NCBI GenBank assembly: GCA_963662665.2
Contig: CAXXJS010000066.1
Span: forward strand, 1 to 42,398
Direction: 5' to 3'
DNA from: Candidatus Latescibacterota bacterium
GTDB lineage: Bacteria; Latescibacterota; UBA2968; GCA-2709665
Length of the DNA: 42,398 nucleotides
In this document: piece after piece, positions 8,365 to 18,869 of the stretch
Numbering within the stretch: the first letter of the stretch is position 1
How the letters are laid out: each line of letters starts with the position of its first letter
Made by a program: the position numbers and the translations under genes
Notes under the pieces: model-generated
What the model was told of the DNA's origin: nothing
The model's input: only the letters and a program-made list of their open reading frames with translations
The model's database searches: none

Positions 8365-9414
8365 TCACGGAGGAACGGGAAGCGCGACCCCGAACCCGGG
8401 CGCGCTTCCGATCGCGACAGTTCCAGATACGATTGCGGGTTGCCCGTCCACCCAGTCGATCCACGGTCTGCCCGATTCGGCCAGGGGATCCGGATCCAAT
8501 GACGCAATCACGTGCAGCGCCCAGATTTCGCTTCCCCGGTGGGGACACACCCGAACGCCGTATTTTTCGCCCATTGCGTAGATCTTCACCAGTTCCGTAA
8601 GTCCCCCGCACCAGGTCGCGTCCGGCTGAACGATTGCGTGCAGACGCTCCCTCATCAAAACGTCGAAGGCAGCCGCCGTGTATTCATGTTCCCCGCCTGC
8701 GATGGGTATCGGACTCTGGTCGCGCAGTTTCCGATATCCTTCCAGATCCTCCGGCGGCAATGGTTCTTCAAGCCATTCCAGATTACATCCCTGCAGTGCG
8801 TCGACGAGGCGTAGCGCCGTGTCGGCGTCCAGCTTCATCGCCGCGTCTGCCATCAAACGAACATCGGGTCCGAGGGTGTCCCTCACGTGCCGGATCGGAG
8901 CGACAACCTCCGATATTTTCTGGTTTCGGTTCAGCCCCGCATGAAACTTGAGTGCGTGGAACCCGTCCGCACCGGAACGAATGACATCTTCGGCCGAAAA
9001 ACCCGTCATGTAGCAGGGGACAGGCTCAGACTCGCCCCGGGACTTGCCGGCCAAAACCGCGGCTATCGGCATTCCTTCGCGCTTTCCCCTCAGATCCCAC
9101 AACGCCAGATCCACGCCGCTGACCGCCATCATCGCGATACCCTTCCGCCCGTAGGGCCGCGTTGCACGATACATTTCATCCCACAGGTCTTCCACCGGAG
9201 TTGCGTCGCTTCCGACAAGAAGCCGGCGCAGGTCGGTTTCTATAACGTGAATGCCCGCCGCGCCGCCACCACCGACGCCATAGCCCGTCAGCCCGTCTTC
9301 CGTTTCAACGCTGACGGCGATCTGCCCCATATATGTCCGCCAGTCGTTCGGACTTCCGGTGGATTTCGGCTGGATTGCTCCAACCGACGCAATTCGCGTG
9401 AGGGATGACCCCAT
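8365..9414 (-). CDS. Mandelate racemase/muconate lactonizing enzyme family protein (L-rhamnonate dehydratase-like)
   Basis: VETEDGLTGYG, YGRKGIAMMAVSGVDLALWDL, metal ligands MAD/WLEEP/GGEHE, QPD, PGFGV. An alternative TTG start is at 9435. Confidence 0.88.
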   Translation of the reverse strand: MGSSLTRIASVGAIQPKSTGSPNDWRTYMGQIAVSVETEDGLTGYGVGGGGAAGIHVIETDLRRLLVGSDATPVEDLWDEMYRATRPYGRKGIAMMAVSGVDLALWDLRGKREGMPIAAVLAGKSRGESEPVPCYMTGFSAEDVIRSGADGFHALKFHAGLNRNQKISEVVAPIRHVRDTLGPDVRLMADAAMKLDADTALRLVDALQGCNLEWLEEPLPPEDLEGYRKLRDQSPIPIAGGEHEYTAAAFDVLMRERLHAIVQPDATWCGGLTELVKIYAMGEKYGVRVCPHRGSEIWALHVIASLDPDPLAESGRPWIDWVDGQPAIVSGTVAIGSAPGFGVALPVPP

Positions 9415-9465
9415 GGGGTATTGTCTGTGCGGCAAGGTACAGCCACCGCTTGAGGAAGAAATAAA

Positions 9466-9538
9466 TGCCCCTGGCAGGACTCGAACCTGCGGCCAACGGA
9501 TTAGGAATCCGCTACTCTATCCTCTGAGCTACAGGGGC
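9466..9538 (-). tRNA. tRNA-Arg(CCT), CCA not encoded
   Basis: GCCCCTGTAGCTCAGAGGATAGAGTAGCGGATT-CCT-AATCCGTTGGCCGCAGGTTCGAGTCCTGCCAGGGGCA folds as a cloverleaf with a GTTCGA T-loop. Confidence 0.95.
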
Positions 9539-9657
9539 ATCGACTTGAGATTTGGACCTGTAGAAATAAGTCGAACGCGCGATCGACGTTCGCGAGCAAC
9601 TTTGCGCAATCCACTCAATCAGCCGGCGGACGTCTATGCAGACCACGTGGCAGGTGC

Positions 9658-10170
9658 CTAATAGGAGACCAGCGCCATGACATTTTCACCCTGCAATTTC
9701 GAGCGTCCATTGAGTGCGGCCAGTTCGATCAGAAATGCAATTCCAGGTATCTGACCCCCAAGTCCCTTCACGAGGCGGACCGCGGCCTCCATGGTGCCTC
9801 CGGTCGCCAGCAGATCATCTATAAGCAGCACGCGTTGACCCGGGACAATCGCGTCGGTATGAATTTCAATGCTGTCCTTACCGTATTCCAGCACGTAACT
9901 CGCCGACGCCGTCTTTGCCGGCAACCTGCCGGATTTTCGAATGGGTACAAATCCCGCGCCCAGATCACGGGCAACGGCCGCACCCAGAATGAACCCCCTG
10001 GACTCGATCCCTGCCACAAGCGATACACCCGCGGTCCGGTACGGTTCAGCAAGTTGTCGAACTGCGGCATCAAGCGCCGCCGGCTCCTTCAATAGGGTCG
10101 TAATATCCTTGAAAAGGATGCCCTGCTTCGGGAAATCGGGCACTTCCCGGATATATCTCGACAGATCCAT
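9658..10170 (-). CDS. apt: Adenine phosphoribosyltransferase
   Basis: IREVPDFPKQGILFKDIT, GIESRGF, YVLEYG, PRPP motif VLLIDDLLATGGT. Confidence 0.96.
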   Translation of the reverse strand: MDLSRYIREVPDFPKQGILFKDITTLLKEPAALDAAVRQLAEPYRTAGVSLVAGIESRGFILGAAVARDLGAGFVPIRKSGRLPAKTASASYVLEYGKDSIEIHTDAIVPGQRVLLIDDLLATGGTMEAAVRLVKGLGGQIPGIAFLIELAALNGRSKLQGENVMALVSY

Positions 10171-10185
10171 AGAGCACCCCACTTT

Positions 10186-10467
10186 CTACCAGCGTAACAC
10201 AAATTCCGTTTCGGAACTCCGAACCGGACACTGTCGTACCGTTGTGTTCCGTACAGACGCGCCGCTGGGTCCTTTGTCCACGGCATCGATCAGGGCCGAT
10301 ACCCCGGAGGGCTCGCCTTCCGCTTCGAGCTCCACGCTTCCGTCGGCGCTATTGCGGACATACCCGACGAGGCCCAGATCCCGCGCCACGCGGCGCACAT
10401 AAAATCGAAAACCCACCCCCTGAACAACACCTCTTACCCGGATATGGACTCGCCTCGGGGCATTCAT
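10186..10467 (-). CDS. acyP: Acylphosphatase
   Basis: GVVQGVGFR and GYVRN..DGSVE signatures. Confidence 0.93.
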   Translation of the reverse strand: MNAPRRVHIRVRGVVQGVGFRFYVRRVARDLGLVGYVRNSADGSVELEAEGEPSGVSALIDAVDKGPSGASVRNTTVRQCPVRSSETEFVLRW

Positions 10468-13331
10468 TCATCTAATGCGGGTGCAACCGCCTCCCACAGA
10501 ATCTGAATCGGATGACGGGCGGTTCGCCCGGTTGCATGTTGAATCTGTTGCCGACACGACAGCCCTGCGGCAGCGATCTCGGTTTCCGGCCCCGCCTCAC
10601 GGACAACTTTCAAGAGCCGGTCTTCGCCCATCTTCAACGAAATGTCATAATGCTCCGCCTGATAACCAAATGCGCCGGCCATTCCGCAACAGGCTGAATC
10701 GATGGCTGTCGCCGAGTATCCGGGCGGCATATTCAATACGTCGAGCGAAGGTGCCATCCCCCAGAGAGCCTTCTGGTGGCAGTGCCCGTGTACAAGTATT
10801 TCCTTCTGCAAGTTCGAGAATGCCACCTGAAGTTCGCCCCGTTCAGCCAGCAGGCTCAGATAGGCCTCCACGGTATAGCACCGCTCGGACACCACCCGCA
10901 CGCGGGGGTCGGGGCTCAAATCGGGGTAATCGTCGGTCAACATAGAGACGCAACTGGGTTCAAAACCCACAATGTCGTACCCCTTCGTTACGAACGTATG
11001 AAGATGCCGCACGTTGAACTCCAGATTCTCTTTGACCTGCTCCATCATCCCACTGGAAAGGAGCGGCCGTCCGCAACAGCGCTTTGTCGGCAGGATTACC
11101 TCGTATCCCGCAGCCTCCAGAAAGCGGGTGGCCGCAATGCCGATATCGGGTTCATTGAACGTGAGGTACGTATCATTGAAGAGTACCACCTTCCGTTGGC
11201 TCTGTCGCTTCCTGCGCCGGGCAAACCATTCCGTGAACGTCCGGCGCGCGAAGGGCGGTAACGCCCTTTCCGGTGCGATGCCCATAAACTGCAATCCCAG
11301 CCTTGCCAGCCTGGTGCCCGCCAACCAATTGGATACTGGCGCCAGCGCACATCCGGCACGGTTCAGGGTATCGATATTGCCAAACAGCCATTCCCGCAAC
11401 GGTCTTCCATGCCGATGGTAATAATGTGCGAGGAATTCATACTTGATCTTGGCCATGTCCACGTTGGACGGACACTCCGACTTGCACGCTTTGCACTCCA
11501 GGCACAGGTCCAGGATCTCGTAAACCCTTTCGTCGGCCAGCCCGCCCTGAAGTCCGCCCGAAATGGCGGCACGGAGCGCATTTGCCCTTCCCCGCGTGGA
11601 ATGGGCCTCGTCGAGAGTAGCCATATAGGAAGGGCACATCGTCCCGTGGAGTTTTTTCCGGCATGCGCCCACGCCGTTGCACATCTCCACCGCGCGGTGG
11701 AATCCCCCGTCGGCTGAGAAATCGAAGTGGGTGCGCGGCTCCTGCGCCCGGTATTCGGGACCGAAACGCAGGTTTTCCGTCATCATGGGCGCGTCCACGA
11801 TCTTTCCCGGATTCATTAGCCGTTGCGGATCGAATGCGTGCTTCAATTCCCGGAATGCATTGTACAGCGCGGACCCGAAAACCCTTTCGTTCCAGCAACT
11901 TCGAGCAAGGCCATCCCCGTGCTCGCCGCTCATTGCACCACCGTATTTCAGCACCAGATCCCGAACGGCCTCGGCGATCGACCGCATTTTCGCCACGCCC
12001 GCCGCCGTCTTCACATTCACCATCGGCCGGATATGGAGCAATCCCACACTGGCATGCGCGTAGTAGCCGGCCGTCGTACCGTGCTCGCGCACAATCCGTT
12101 CAAAGTCGCCGATATAGTCCGGCAGCTTCTCCGGTGAAACTGCGGAATCCTCCACAAAAGCCACCGGTTTCGTATCCCCTTTGACACCCATCAGCAATCC
12201 CAGGCCCGACTTTCGGATATTCCATACATTCGCCTGTTCCTCTGTCGACACGGCCCGTCGAAACCCATAGCCGAAACCGTATTTCGACATCGTGGCCTCC
12301 AGCGCGTCGAGCCGCGGCATCAGCGCGTCAATCGAATCTCCGAAATACTCCACGACAAGCACCGCCCTTGGATCTCCTTCAACCCACCCGCGCTGCCTGG
12401 AAAGCGCGATGGATCCTCGGGTTTGCTCAAGTATCATACGATCCACCAGCTCCACCGCCGCCGGACCCGTCTCCAGAATGGGTGACACCGCCGCCATCGA
12501 TTCGATCAGGTCCTCGAACTGAACCACTCCCAACACCCTCGCGCGAGGAAGGGGAATCACGCGCAACCGGGCTTCCAATACCGTGGCGAGGGTGCCCTCC
12601 GAGCCCACGATCATACGGCACATATTAAACGGTTGCGACTTTGTAAATTCATCCAGGTTGTAACCGCCAACACGCCGCAGAATCTTTGGGTACCGCCGTT
12701 CGATTTCAGCCCGGTGGATCCCCGTAAGCCGGACGACTTCGCGGTATGCCCGGCCTTCCAGGTCCATCCGTTTCGTCTTTTCCTCAACCTCCTCGTCCGA
12801 CATTTCCCGGAACAGGGCCTCGGTACCATCTGCGAGGGCCACCGTCAATTCGAGTACGTGGTCGATGGTCTTCCCATAGATTACCGAATGGGCCCCCGCC
12901 GAATTGTTCCCGATCATCCCGCCGATTGTCGCTCGACTGCTTGTCGCTACGTCCGGGGCGAATTGCAGACCATGAGGCTTGAGATGCGAGTTCAATTCGT
13001 CCAGCACTACGCCCGGCTGCACCCGCACCCATCCCTCTTCCTCATTCAATTCGAGGATGCCGTTCATGAATTTCGACAAATCCATAATCACGGCCGGCCC
13101 CACGCACTGTCCTGCAAGTGCTGTCCCGCCGCCGCGCGGCAATACGGGTACTCCAAACTCACGAGCAAGACAAATGGCCCGCAGGATGTCCTGCCGATGC
13201 CTGGGCAGAACCACCCCCAACGGTTCAATCTGATACATGCTCGCATCGGTGCTGTATAGAATCCGTGAAGCCTTGTCGAATCGGACTTCGCCGGAAAGTT
13301 CCCGTTCCAGCGCTGCCAGCAGGGCCTCCAT
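10464..13331 (-). CDS. FAD-binding and 4Fe-4S domain oxidoreductase (YdiJ/GlcD-GlcF fusion; D-2-hydroxyacid dehydrogenase-like)
   Basis: YSTDASMY, PRGGGT, GSEGTL, GEHGDG, CNGVGAC, CLECKACKSECP, CCG motifs. Confidence 0.9.
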   Translation of the reverse strand: MEALLAALERELSGEVRFDKASRILYSTDASMYQIEPLGVVLPRHRQDILRAICLAREFGVPVLPRGGGTALAGQCVGPAVIMDLSKFMNGILELNEEEGWVRVQPGVVLDELNSHLKPHGLQFAPDVATSSRATIGGMIGNNSAGAHSVIYGKTIDHVLELTVALADGTEALFREMSDEEVEEKTKRMDLEGRAYREVVRLTGIHRAEIERRYPKILRRVGGYNLDEFTKSQPFNMCRMIVGSEGTLATVLEARLRVIPLPRARVLGVVQFEDLIESMAAVSPILETGPAAVELVDRMILEQTRGSIALSRQRGWVEGDPRAVLVVEYFGDSIDALMPRLDALEATMSKYGFGYGFRRAVSTEEQANVWNIRKSGLGLLMGVKGDTKPVAFVEDSAVSPEKLPDYIGDFERIVREHGTTAGYYAHASVGLLHIRPMVNVKTAAGVAKMRSIAEAVRDLVLKYGGAMSGEHGDGLARSCWNERVFGSALYNAFRELKHAFDPQRLMNPGKIVDAPMMTENLRFGPEYRAQEPRTHFDFSADGGFHRAVEMCNGVGACRKKLHGTMCPSYMATLDEAHSTRGRANALRAAISGGLQGGLADERVYEILDLCLECKACKSECPSNVDMAKIKYEFLAHYYHRHGRPLREWLFGNIDTLNRAGCALAPVSNWLAGTRLARLGLQFMGIAPERALPPFARRTFTEWFARRRKRQSQRKVVLFNDTYLTFNEPDIGIAATRFLEAAGYEVILPTKRCCGRPLLSSGMMEQVKENLEFNVRHLHTFVTKGYDIVGFEPSCVSMLTDDYPDLSPDPRVRVVSERCYTVEAYLSLLAERGELQVAFSNLQKEILVHGHCHQKALWGMAPSLDVLNMPPGYSATAIDSACCGMAGAFGYQAEHYDISLKMGEDRLLKVVREAGPETEIAAAGLSCRQQIQHATGRTARHPIQILWEAVAPALDE

Positions 13332-13463
13332 CAGATCTCCCTTGCGTTGTCTCGAACTGCATTTTCGGAATTCGTCGAACCGATCTCTCGGCGGCTAATC
13401 GCGCCTGCACAACCGATGCCGTAAACCGTGCGGTACGGCCCCGCCGGCGCCGACAAAACCATT

Positions 13464-13492
13464 AATGTAACCCATACCGCCGGAAACGTCAA
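13464..13492 (-). promoter_or_regulatory. Sigma70 promoter for the YdiJ-like/acyP/apt unit
   Basis: Minus strand TTGACG-N17-TACATT in the divergent intergenic region. Confidence 0.55.
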
Positions 13493-13531
13493 GGTTCACC
13501 GCCCGTAAGGCGGCGCGCTGCAGGAAAACAC

Positions 13532-13560
13532 TTGACGACCGCTGGAAATTACCCTATCAA
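13532..13560 (+). promoter_or_regulatory. Possible divergent sigma70 promoter
   Basis: TTGACG-N17-TATCAA upstream of the GAGGAGG RBS of the next gene; the -10 match is weak. Confidence 0.35.
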
Positions 13561-13601
13561 TGAACCACTTTCGCGCCTCAGTGAAAACAGAGGAGGTTGA
13601 C

Positions 13602-14837
13602 GTGCTGAAAACCGGTTTCGGCATTCAGGACTTTACGCCTGAAGAACCGCAAGATGGCTCTTTTCGCGTATTCGACCCAATCTCGTTTCGCGCACTTATC
13701 CTTCGGAAAGGCGACACCAACGTCACGTTTCTGGCCGGAGATTGTTTCAGCATCGAAGAAGATCTCATGGCACGCGTAAGGGAACGTCTCAAGGACATCG
13801 TCTGGTTGAATTCGAACCACATCCTGCCCTGCGCCTCCCACGTCGGCACCACGCCCATTCTGTTCCAATCATACGTCAGCATTCCCTGTGAGACACTCAA
13901 GTACTACGGACGGGAGAGATTATTTGCGGACAATATGGCAGCAGCCGTTCGTAAAGCCGCCAATGCATTGGAACCCTCCCGCCTCGGCGCAGGCGTCAGT
14001 CCGGCTCCCGATATTCTCTATAACCGCCGCTCATACGATCGCGATGGAAGCCTGGTTATGAGCAACTTCAAATTCCCCTACCCCCGACCCGAACTCACGT
14101 ACGCTGAGGTGGACGAAAACGTCTACGTGCTCCGAATAGACGATAACAACGGTAATCCGGCACATTGCGCAATCGTTTTCGGCTGCCACGCGCTGTGCAA
14201 CACCGACAAATACGGGCATATTTCGGCCGACTATCCGGGTGTCGCGCGAAACGTGGTCGAGGCGGCGGGCGTCAATGCGCTGTTTCTTCCGGGCAGCATC
14301 GGAAACGTGGTTCCCGTGAGCCGCGCCGGCCGAACCTATAAGCGCCTTGGTAACAGTGTCGGAGGGGCGGCACTCTACGCATTGGAACAGGCAGACATGA
14401 ACGGTTCCGGGGACCTCCATGTCACACGGAAAACCGTTCGATTGCCCACGTTTTCATATGCGGATCCCAATGCCGTCGAGGAAGAACTTGAAACAACGCC
14501 GAGACGGTCCGACGGGCTTCAGCGGTTTCAGGCCTACGGCAGCCGGCACTACGCAACCGGCAGGCGATTTCTGGACTATACGATCACACGGGTCTCAACG
14601 TGTGGAGTCAATATAGTTCACCTTCCCGGTGAAATCTTCGTTGAAACCGCATCGGCGATCAGGTCGGCGGCACCAGGTGGACTCAATATCGTCCTATCCG
14701 GACCGACGGCCGACGTCGGCTACCTGAGTACTCCACAGGCCCACCGCGAAGGGGGTATGGAACCCAGATATGCCGGACTCGCGGTTGAAAGCGAGAAGCT
14801 GGTCCGGGCGGCCGCCTGCGAACTCGTGGCGGATTGA
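13602..14837 (+). CDS. Neutral/alkaline ceramidase N-terminal-like hydrolase
   Basis: DPISFRAL, ASHVGTTP (degenerate HTH motif), YNRR, FGCH, ISADYPG, LPGEIFVE, GYL, EGGME. GTG at 13602 follows GAGGAGG. Confidence 0.7.
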   Translation: MLKTGFGIQDFTPEEPQDGSFRVFDPISFRALILRKGDTNVTFLAGDCFSIEEDLMARVRERLKDIVWLNSNHILPCASHVGTTPILFQSYVSIPCETLKYYGRERLFADNMAAAVRKAANALEPSRLGAGVSPAPDILYNRRSYDRDGSLVMSNFKFPYPRPELTYAEVDENVYVLRIDDNNGNPAHCAIVFGCHALCNTDKYGHISADYPGVARNVVEAAGVNALFLPGSIGNVVPVSRAGRTYKRLGNSVGGAALYALEQADMNGSGDLHVTRKTVRLPTFSYADPNAVEEELETTPRRSDGLQRFQAYGSRHYATGRRFLDYTITRVSTCGVNIVHLPGEIFVETASAIRSAAPGGLNIVLSGPTADVGYLSTPQAHREGGMEPRYAGLAVESEKLVRAAACELVAD

Positions 14838-14998
14838 TCGATTCACGCGGTAGCGCCGTACCTGGCTCAGGAACGGCGACGTCTTTGGTTCTCGCCCATC
14901 GATAGTTCACGGGCGCCGGGATTCCGCCAACCGCGTGACACACCAGATCGGGACCGAAAGAAGCCGCGAGACATCTCCGCACATTCACGGAAATTCCG

Positions 14999-16246
14999 AT
15001 GGTAAACGTGATTTCTGACAGCCGGCTGGCAGTGAACGGTGGCACACCCGTACGCAATCGGCGCGAGAATCCGTGGCCGGCGTGGCCCGCCAACACAGAG
15101 GCTGAGTGGGAACGCGAAATCGAGCCGGCACTCAGGGAAGTTTACCTGGAAAAGATAGAGGGTCTTCCGGCAAGCAGAAGCGACAGGTTCGGCGAGGCGT
15201 TCGCGGACTATTGCGGCGCCGGCTACGGCTTGATGATGCCGCATGGCACGGACGCGATTTCCGCCTCCATCGCCGGCGCGCTCGATCTCGATGGGCTTCG
15301 GGATGGCGGGGAGATCATTATCCCCAACTATACGTTCATCGCCACGGCCAGCGCAGCTCTGTCCGTGCGTTGCCGGCTGGCGCTGGCAGATATCGATCCG
15401 CTCAGTTTTACCCTGGATCCGGCCGCGGTTGAGGCGGCCATAACCTGCAGGACGGTAGGCATTCTTCCCGTGCACGTGGGGGGGCACTCCGCGGATATGG
15501 ACGCCATTAATGCCATTGCCAACAAGAATGGCCTGGTGGTGATTGAAGATGCCGCCCAGGCCCACGGCGCCGAACACCTTGGGCGGAAGGTCGGCCCGCT
15601 TGGCGACGTTGGCGCATACAGCTTCCAGTCCAGCAAGAACCTTACGGTTGGCGAGGGCGGCTGCCTCGTCACGAACCATGAACACATTCACGAACGGGCA
15701 TGCGCATTCCGGGACGTGGGTCGGCGCCCCGGCGGCGAACGCTGGGAATACCCGCGCCACGGATGGAACTATCGCACGTCGGAATATCTGGCATGTATCC
15801 TTCTGACAAGACTGAAGAGACTACAGCTTCAGACCGAGACCAGGTGCCGGAACGCGGCTTACCTGACGCGTGAGCTGCGAAACGTCGCCGGCCTGATACC
15901 ACCGGCGACGCGTCCGTGGGTCACGCGGCACGGATACCATCTTTATATGACACGCTACGATCCGGAGTATTTCGGCGGCCGGGGCAGAAAGGAATTCATC
16001 AAAGCCCTGATCGCCGAAGGCATCGACTGTACCCCCGGTTACCAGCGGCCGCTGACCGACGAAGGCGCACTGAAGAGCGTTTCGGAAGCATACCCCGATC
16101 TCGTGCGCCGGTTACCCTGCCCGAGGGTTGAACACGCGTGCAGGCGCAGTGTTTGGTTCTTCCAGTCCATGCTACTGGGCTCACGAGAAGACATGGACGA
16201 CATCGTTGAGGCGGTGGGCAAGATCAGGCACGCGTTTGCCGGTTGA
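14999..16246 (+). CDS. DegT/DnrJ/EryC1/StrS family PLP aminotransferase (AHBA synthase-like)
   Basis: LAVNGGTP, YTFIATA, PVHVGG, IEDAAQAHGA, SFQSSKNL (PLP Lys), GEGG, GWNYR. Confidence 0.92.
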   Translation: MVNVISDSRLAVNGGTPVRNRRENPWPAWPANTEAEWEREIEPALREVYLEKIEGLPASRSDRFGEAFADYCGAGYGLMMPHGTDAISASIAGALDLDGLRDGGEIIIPNYTFIATASAALSVRCRLALADIDPLSFTLDPAAVEAAITCRTVGILPVHVGGHSADMDAINAIANKNGLVVIEDAAQAHGAEHLGRKVGPLGDVGAYSFQSSKNLTVGEGGCLVTNHEHIHERACAFRDVGRRPGGERWEYPRHGWNYRTSEYLACILLTRLKRLQLQTETRCRNAAYLTRELRNVAGLIPPATRPWVTRHGYHLYMTRYDPEYFGGRGRKEFIKALIAEGIDCTPGYQRPLTDEGALKSVSEAYPDLVRRLPCPRVEHACRRSVWFFQSMLLGSREDMDDIVEAVGKIRHAFAG

Positions 16247-16350
16247 CATTCTCGATCGTTGACGCCGTTGCGGCCCCTCGCGAGTGCAGTTCCCGGGATC
16301 AACGAAACAAACCGACGTGAGGATTCCTCACTTTTCTCAGTGCCGCCAAC

Positions 16351-18852
16351 ATGACCTTTCCGACGACATTCGCGCCCGGTCGTTTCGCGGCCCTGTCCAT
16401 GACGGTCGCCGTCATGGCAATCGGTGCCGTCTTTTGCGGGAATGCTTCCGGGCAGCCATCGCCGCCTCACGGCGACGCCTGCGAAGCCTCATCGGATTCG
16501 AATGCCGACGGGCCTGCACACGCCCTCGACGATGCCGACGGATCCTGGAAATACACAAACCGGCTCATTGATGAAACCAGCCCCTACCTGTTGCTGCACG
16601 CCCACAACCCGGTGGACTGGTATCCATGGGGAACCGAGGCCATCGAACGCGCACGCCTGGAGGACAAACCGATTTTCCTCTCGGTGGGGTACGCCACCTG
16701 CTATTGGTGCCACGTGATGGAACGTCTCGTTTTCTCAGATCCCACGATTGCCAGGCAGATGAACGACAACTTCGTCAACATCAAGGTCGACAGGGAAGAA
16801 CGGCCCGACGTCGACGAGATTTACATGACGGCAACCAGGATCATCTCCGGACACGGAGGATGGCCGAACTCCGTTTTCCTCACTCCGGAACTGAATCCGT
16901 TCTTTGCGGGTACCTATTTCCCGCCGACGGACGATCCCCGATACAACCGGCCCGGATTTCCACGGGTGCTGGAGGTTATCCTGAACGCATGGTCAAACCG
17001 CCGGCAGGAGGTAATCGGCACTTCCCGGTACATTTCTTCGGCCCTGGAGAAAATCCATCTGGTCCCTGGTCCCGAAAAGCAGGAACACACGCTGGACCAC
17101 AGTTTGCTGGACGGTGCAATTGAAAAACTCAAACAATCCTATGATCTCATCCACGGCGGATTCGGCGACGCCCCCAAGTTTCCGCCGGACCAGGCGCTCG
17201 ACCTGCTATTGTCTCGACACCGGCGCCGGAACGATTCCGGACTTCTGGAAATCGTCACCGGCACGCTGGACAGAATGGCGGCAGGCGGCATTTTTGATCA
17301 CCTCGGCGGGGGATTTCATCGGTACGCCGTCGACCGTGGCTGGCAGATCCCCCACTTTGAGAAAATGCTATACAACCAGGCCCAGCTGACCAGAATTTAC
17401 CTCCGCGCATATCGGATTACAGGCAATCCGGATTATAGACACACGGCAGAGGATATTCTCCGATACGTATCACGGGAAATGACCTCGCCCGAAGGCGCCT
17501 TCTTCTCGGCCCTTGATTCGGAAACAGGCGGCAGGGAGGGCGAATACTATCTCTGGACCCTCGCCGGGATTCAGCGAATTCTCAAAAAGGACGCTGACGT
17601 CTTTCTCAAGGTCTACAGGCTCGCACAAATGCCCGATAGCGACGGAATGGTCCTCCAAATGACAACAACCCTGGACGCGGTGGCAGATTCACTGTCCACG
17701 TCCTCCGTCGATCTCCGCAACCGGCTCCGGCCGCTGAAACAGAAACTGCTGGCCGCCAGAGAAAAGCGGACTCGGCCCCTGCTTGACGATAAAATCATCA
17801 CCGCGTGGAACGGTCTGATGATTGCGGCCTATGCCGATGCATACGCCATTTTGAAATCCGTTCCCTATCTGCGAGCCGCCCGAAAGGCAGCGAATTTCGT
17901 CCTGAGCCGCATGCGGGACGAAAACGGCGATCTCATTCGCATCCACCGGAACGGTGCGACAAGAATCCGGGGCTTTCAGGAGGACTATGCGTTTCTGATC
18001 CAGGGCCTGGTATCGCTTTACAAAGCTTCCGGTGAACCCCGATACCTCCGAGAAGCCGAAGCTCTGTCCGAGAGGATGCGAAACCTGTATTGGGACGCGG
18101 ACGGCGGCGGCTTTTTCTTTACCAGCGGCATTGAACACCTCATCACCCGTACCAAGAAACCGTACGACGGTTCCATACCTTCCGGGAATTCGGTTGCAGT
18201 TCACGCCTTGCTCGGCCTTCACGAGCTCACCGGGAAAACTGAATATATGGATCTGGCGTCGCAGACGCTACTTGCCTTTGGCACTTTATTGAATCAGAAC
18301 CCGGGCGGATTCAACAATATGTATCACGGCTTATTGCGATACCTGGATACAAGTCCTGCCGGGTTCACGCCGGCTGTTCACCGTACGGCGACTCTCGGCG
18401 AATCGACGGCCGCCGATTCGATCATTGAAGCCAGCCATGAGGCCGTAATTGTCTCTGCGATGGTGCGCTCGCCACCCCCCATTGCCGGAGGACGGCTGGA
18501 AATCGCTGTGTCGCTTAAGGTAAGGAAGGGATGGCATATCAACGCCAACCCTGCATCACTGGACTTTCTGGTTCCAACGTCGCTCAGGATTACATCCGAA
18601 CACCCGGTCGAAACAATCGAGATTTCATATCCGCCGGCGAAGCGCGTCCGTTTTCCTTTCGCCGACGGTCCTCTGGCCGTTTACGCAGGCGAAGTTACCA
18701 TTCCGGCAATCCTCGAAATCGGGCGATACCCGCCCGGCGGCGTTCGGCTGGATCTCGCCCTGGATTTTCAGGCCTGCGACGACACCCGATGTCTGCCGCC
18801 ATCGTCGATTGTCCTTTCAGTTGACGTCGTCCCGTACGAATACCGCGGTTGA
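16351..18852 (+). CDS. YyaL/SPATA20 (DUF255 thioredoxin + alpha/alpha toroid) protein with signal peptide and C-terminal DsbD-N-like domain
   Basis: [60 protein letters not shown]-terminal GWHINAN and [12 protein letters not shown]. Hydrophobic N-terminus ending NASG. Confidence 0.9.
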   Translation: MTFPTTFAPGRFAALSMTVAVMAIGAVFCGNASGQPSPPHGDACEASSDSNADGPAHALDDADGSWKYTNRLIDETSPYLLLHAHNPVDWYPWGTEAIERARLEDKPIFLSVGYATCYWCHVMERLVFSDPTIARQMNDNFVNIKVDREERPDVDEIYMTATRIISGHGGWPNSVFLTPELNPFFAGTYFPPTDDPRYNRPGFPRVLEVILNAWSNRRQEVIGTSRYISSALEKIHLVPGPEKQEHTLDHSLLDGAIEKLKQSYDLIHGGFGDAPKFPPDQALDLLLSRHRRRNDSGLLEIVTGTLDRMAAGGIFDHLGGGFHRYAVDRGWQIPHFEKMLYNQAQLTRIYLRAYRITGNPDYRHTAEDILRYVSREMTSPEGAFFSALDSETGGREGEYYLWTLAGIQRILKKDADVFLKVYRLAQMPDSDGMVLQMTTTLDAVADSLSTSSVDLRNRLRPLKQKLLAAREKRTRPLLDDKIITAWNGLMIAAYADAYAILKSVPYLRAARKAANFVLSRMRDENGDLIRIHRNGATRIRGFQEDYAFLIQGLVSLYKASGEPRYLREAEALSERMRNLYWDADGGGFFFTSGIEHLITRTKKPYDGSIPSGNSVAVHALLGLHELTGKTEYMDLASQTLLAFGTLLNQNPGGFNNMYHGLLRYLDTSPAGFTPAVHRTATLGESTAADSIIEASHEAVIVSAMVRSPPPIAGGRLEIAVSLKVRKGWHINANPASLDFLVPTSLRITSEHPVETIEISYPPAKRVRFPFADGPLAVYAGEVTIPAILEIGRYPPGGVRLDLALDFQACDDTRCLPPSSIVLSVDVVPYEYRG

Positions 18853-18869
18853 TCTCTGCACGTGGCGTA

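Noticed and set aside
7134-9465. Prophage or integrative element at tRNA-Arg
   Set aside because: No duplicated tRNA 3' end, integrase, transposase or obvious compositional shift seen.
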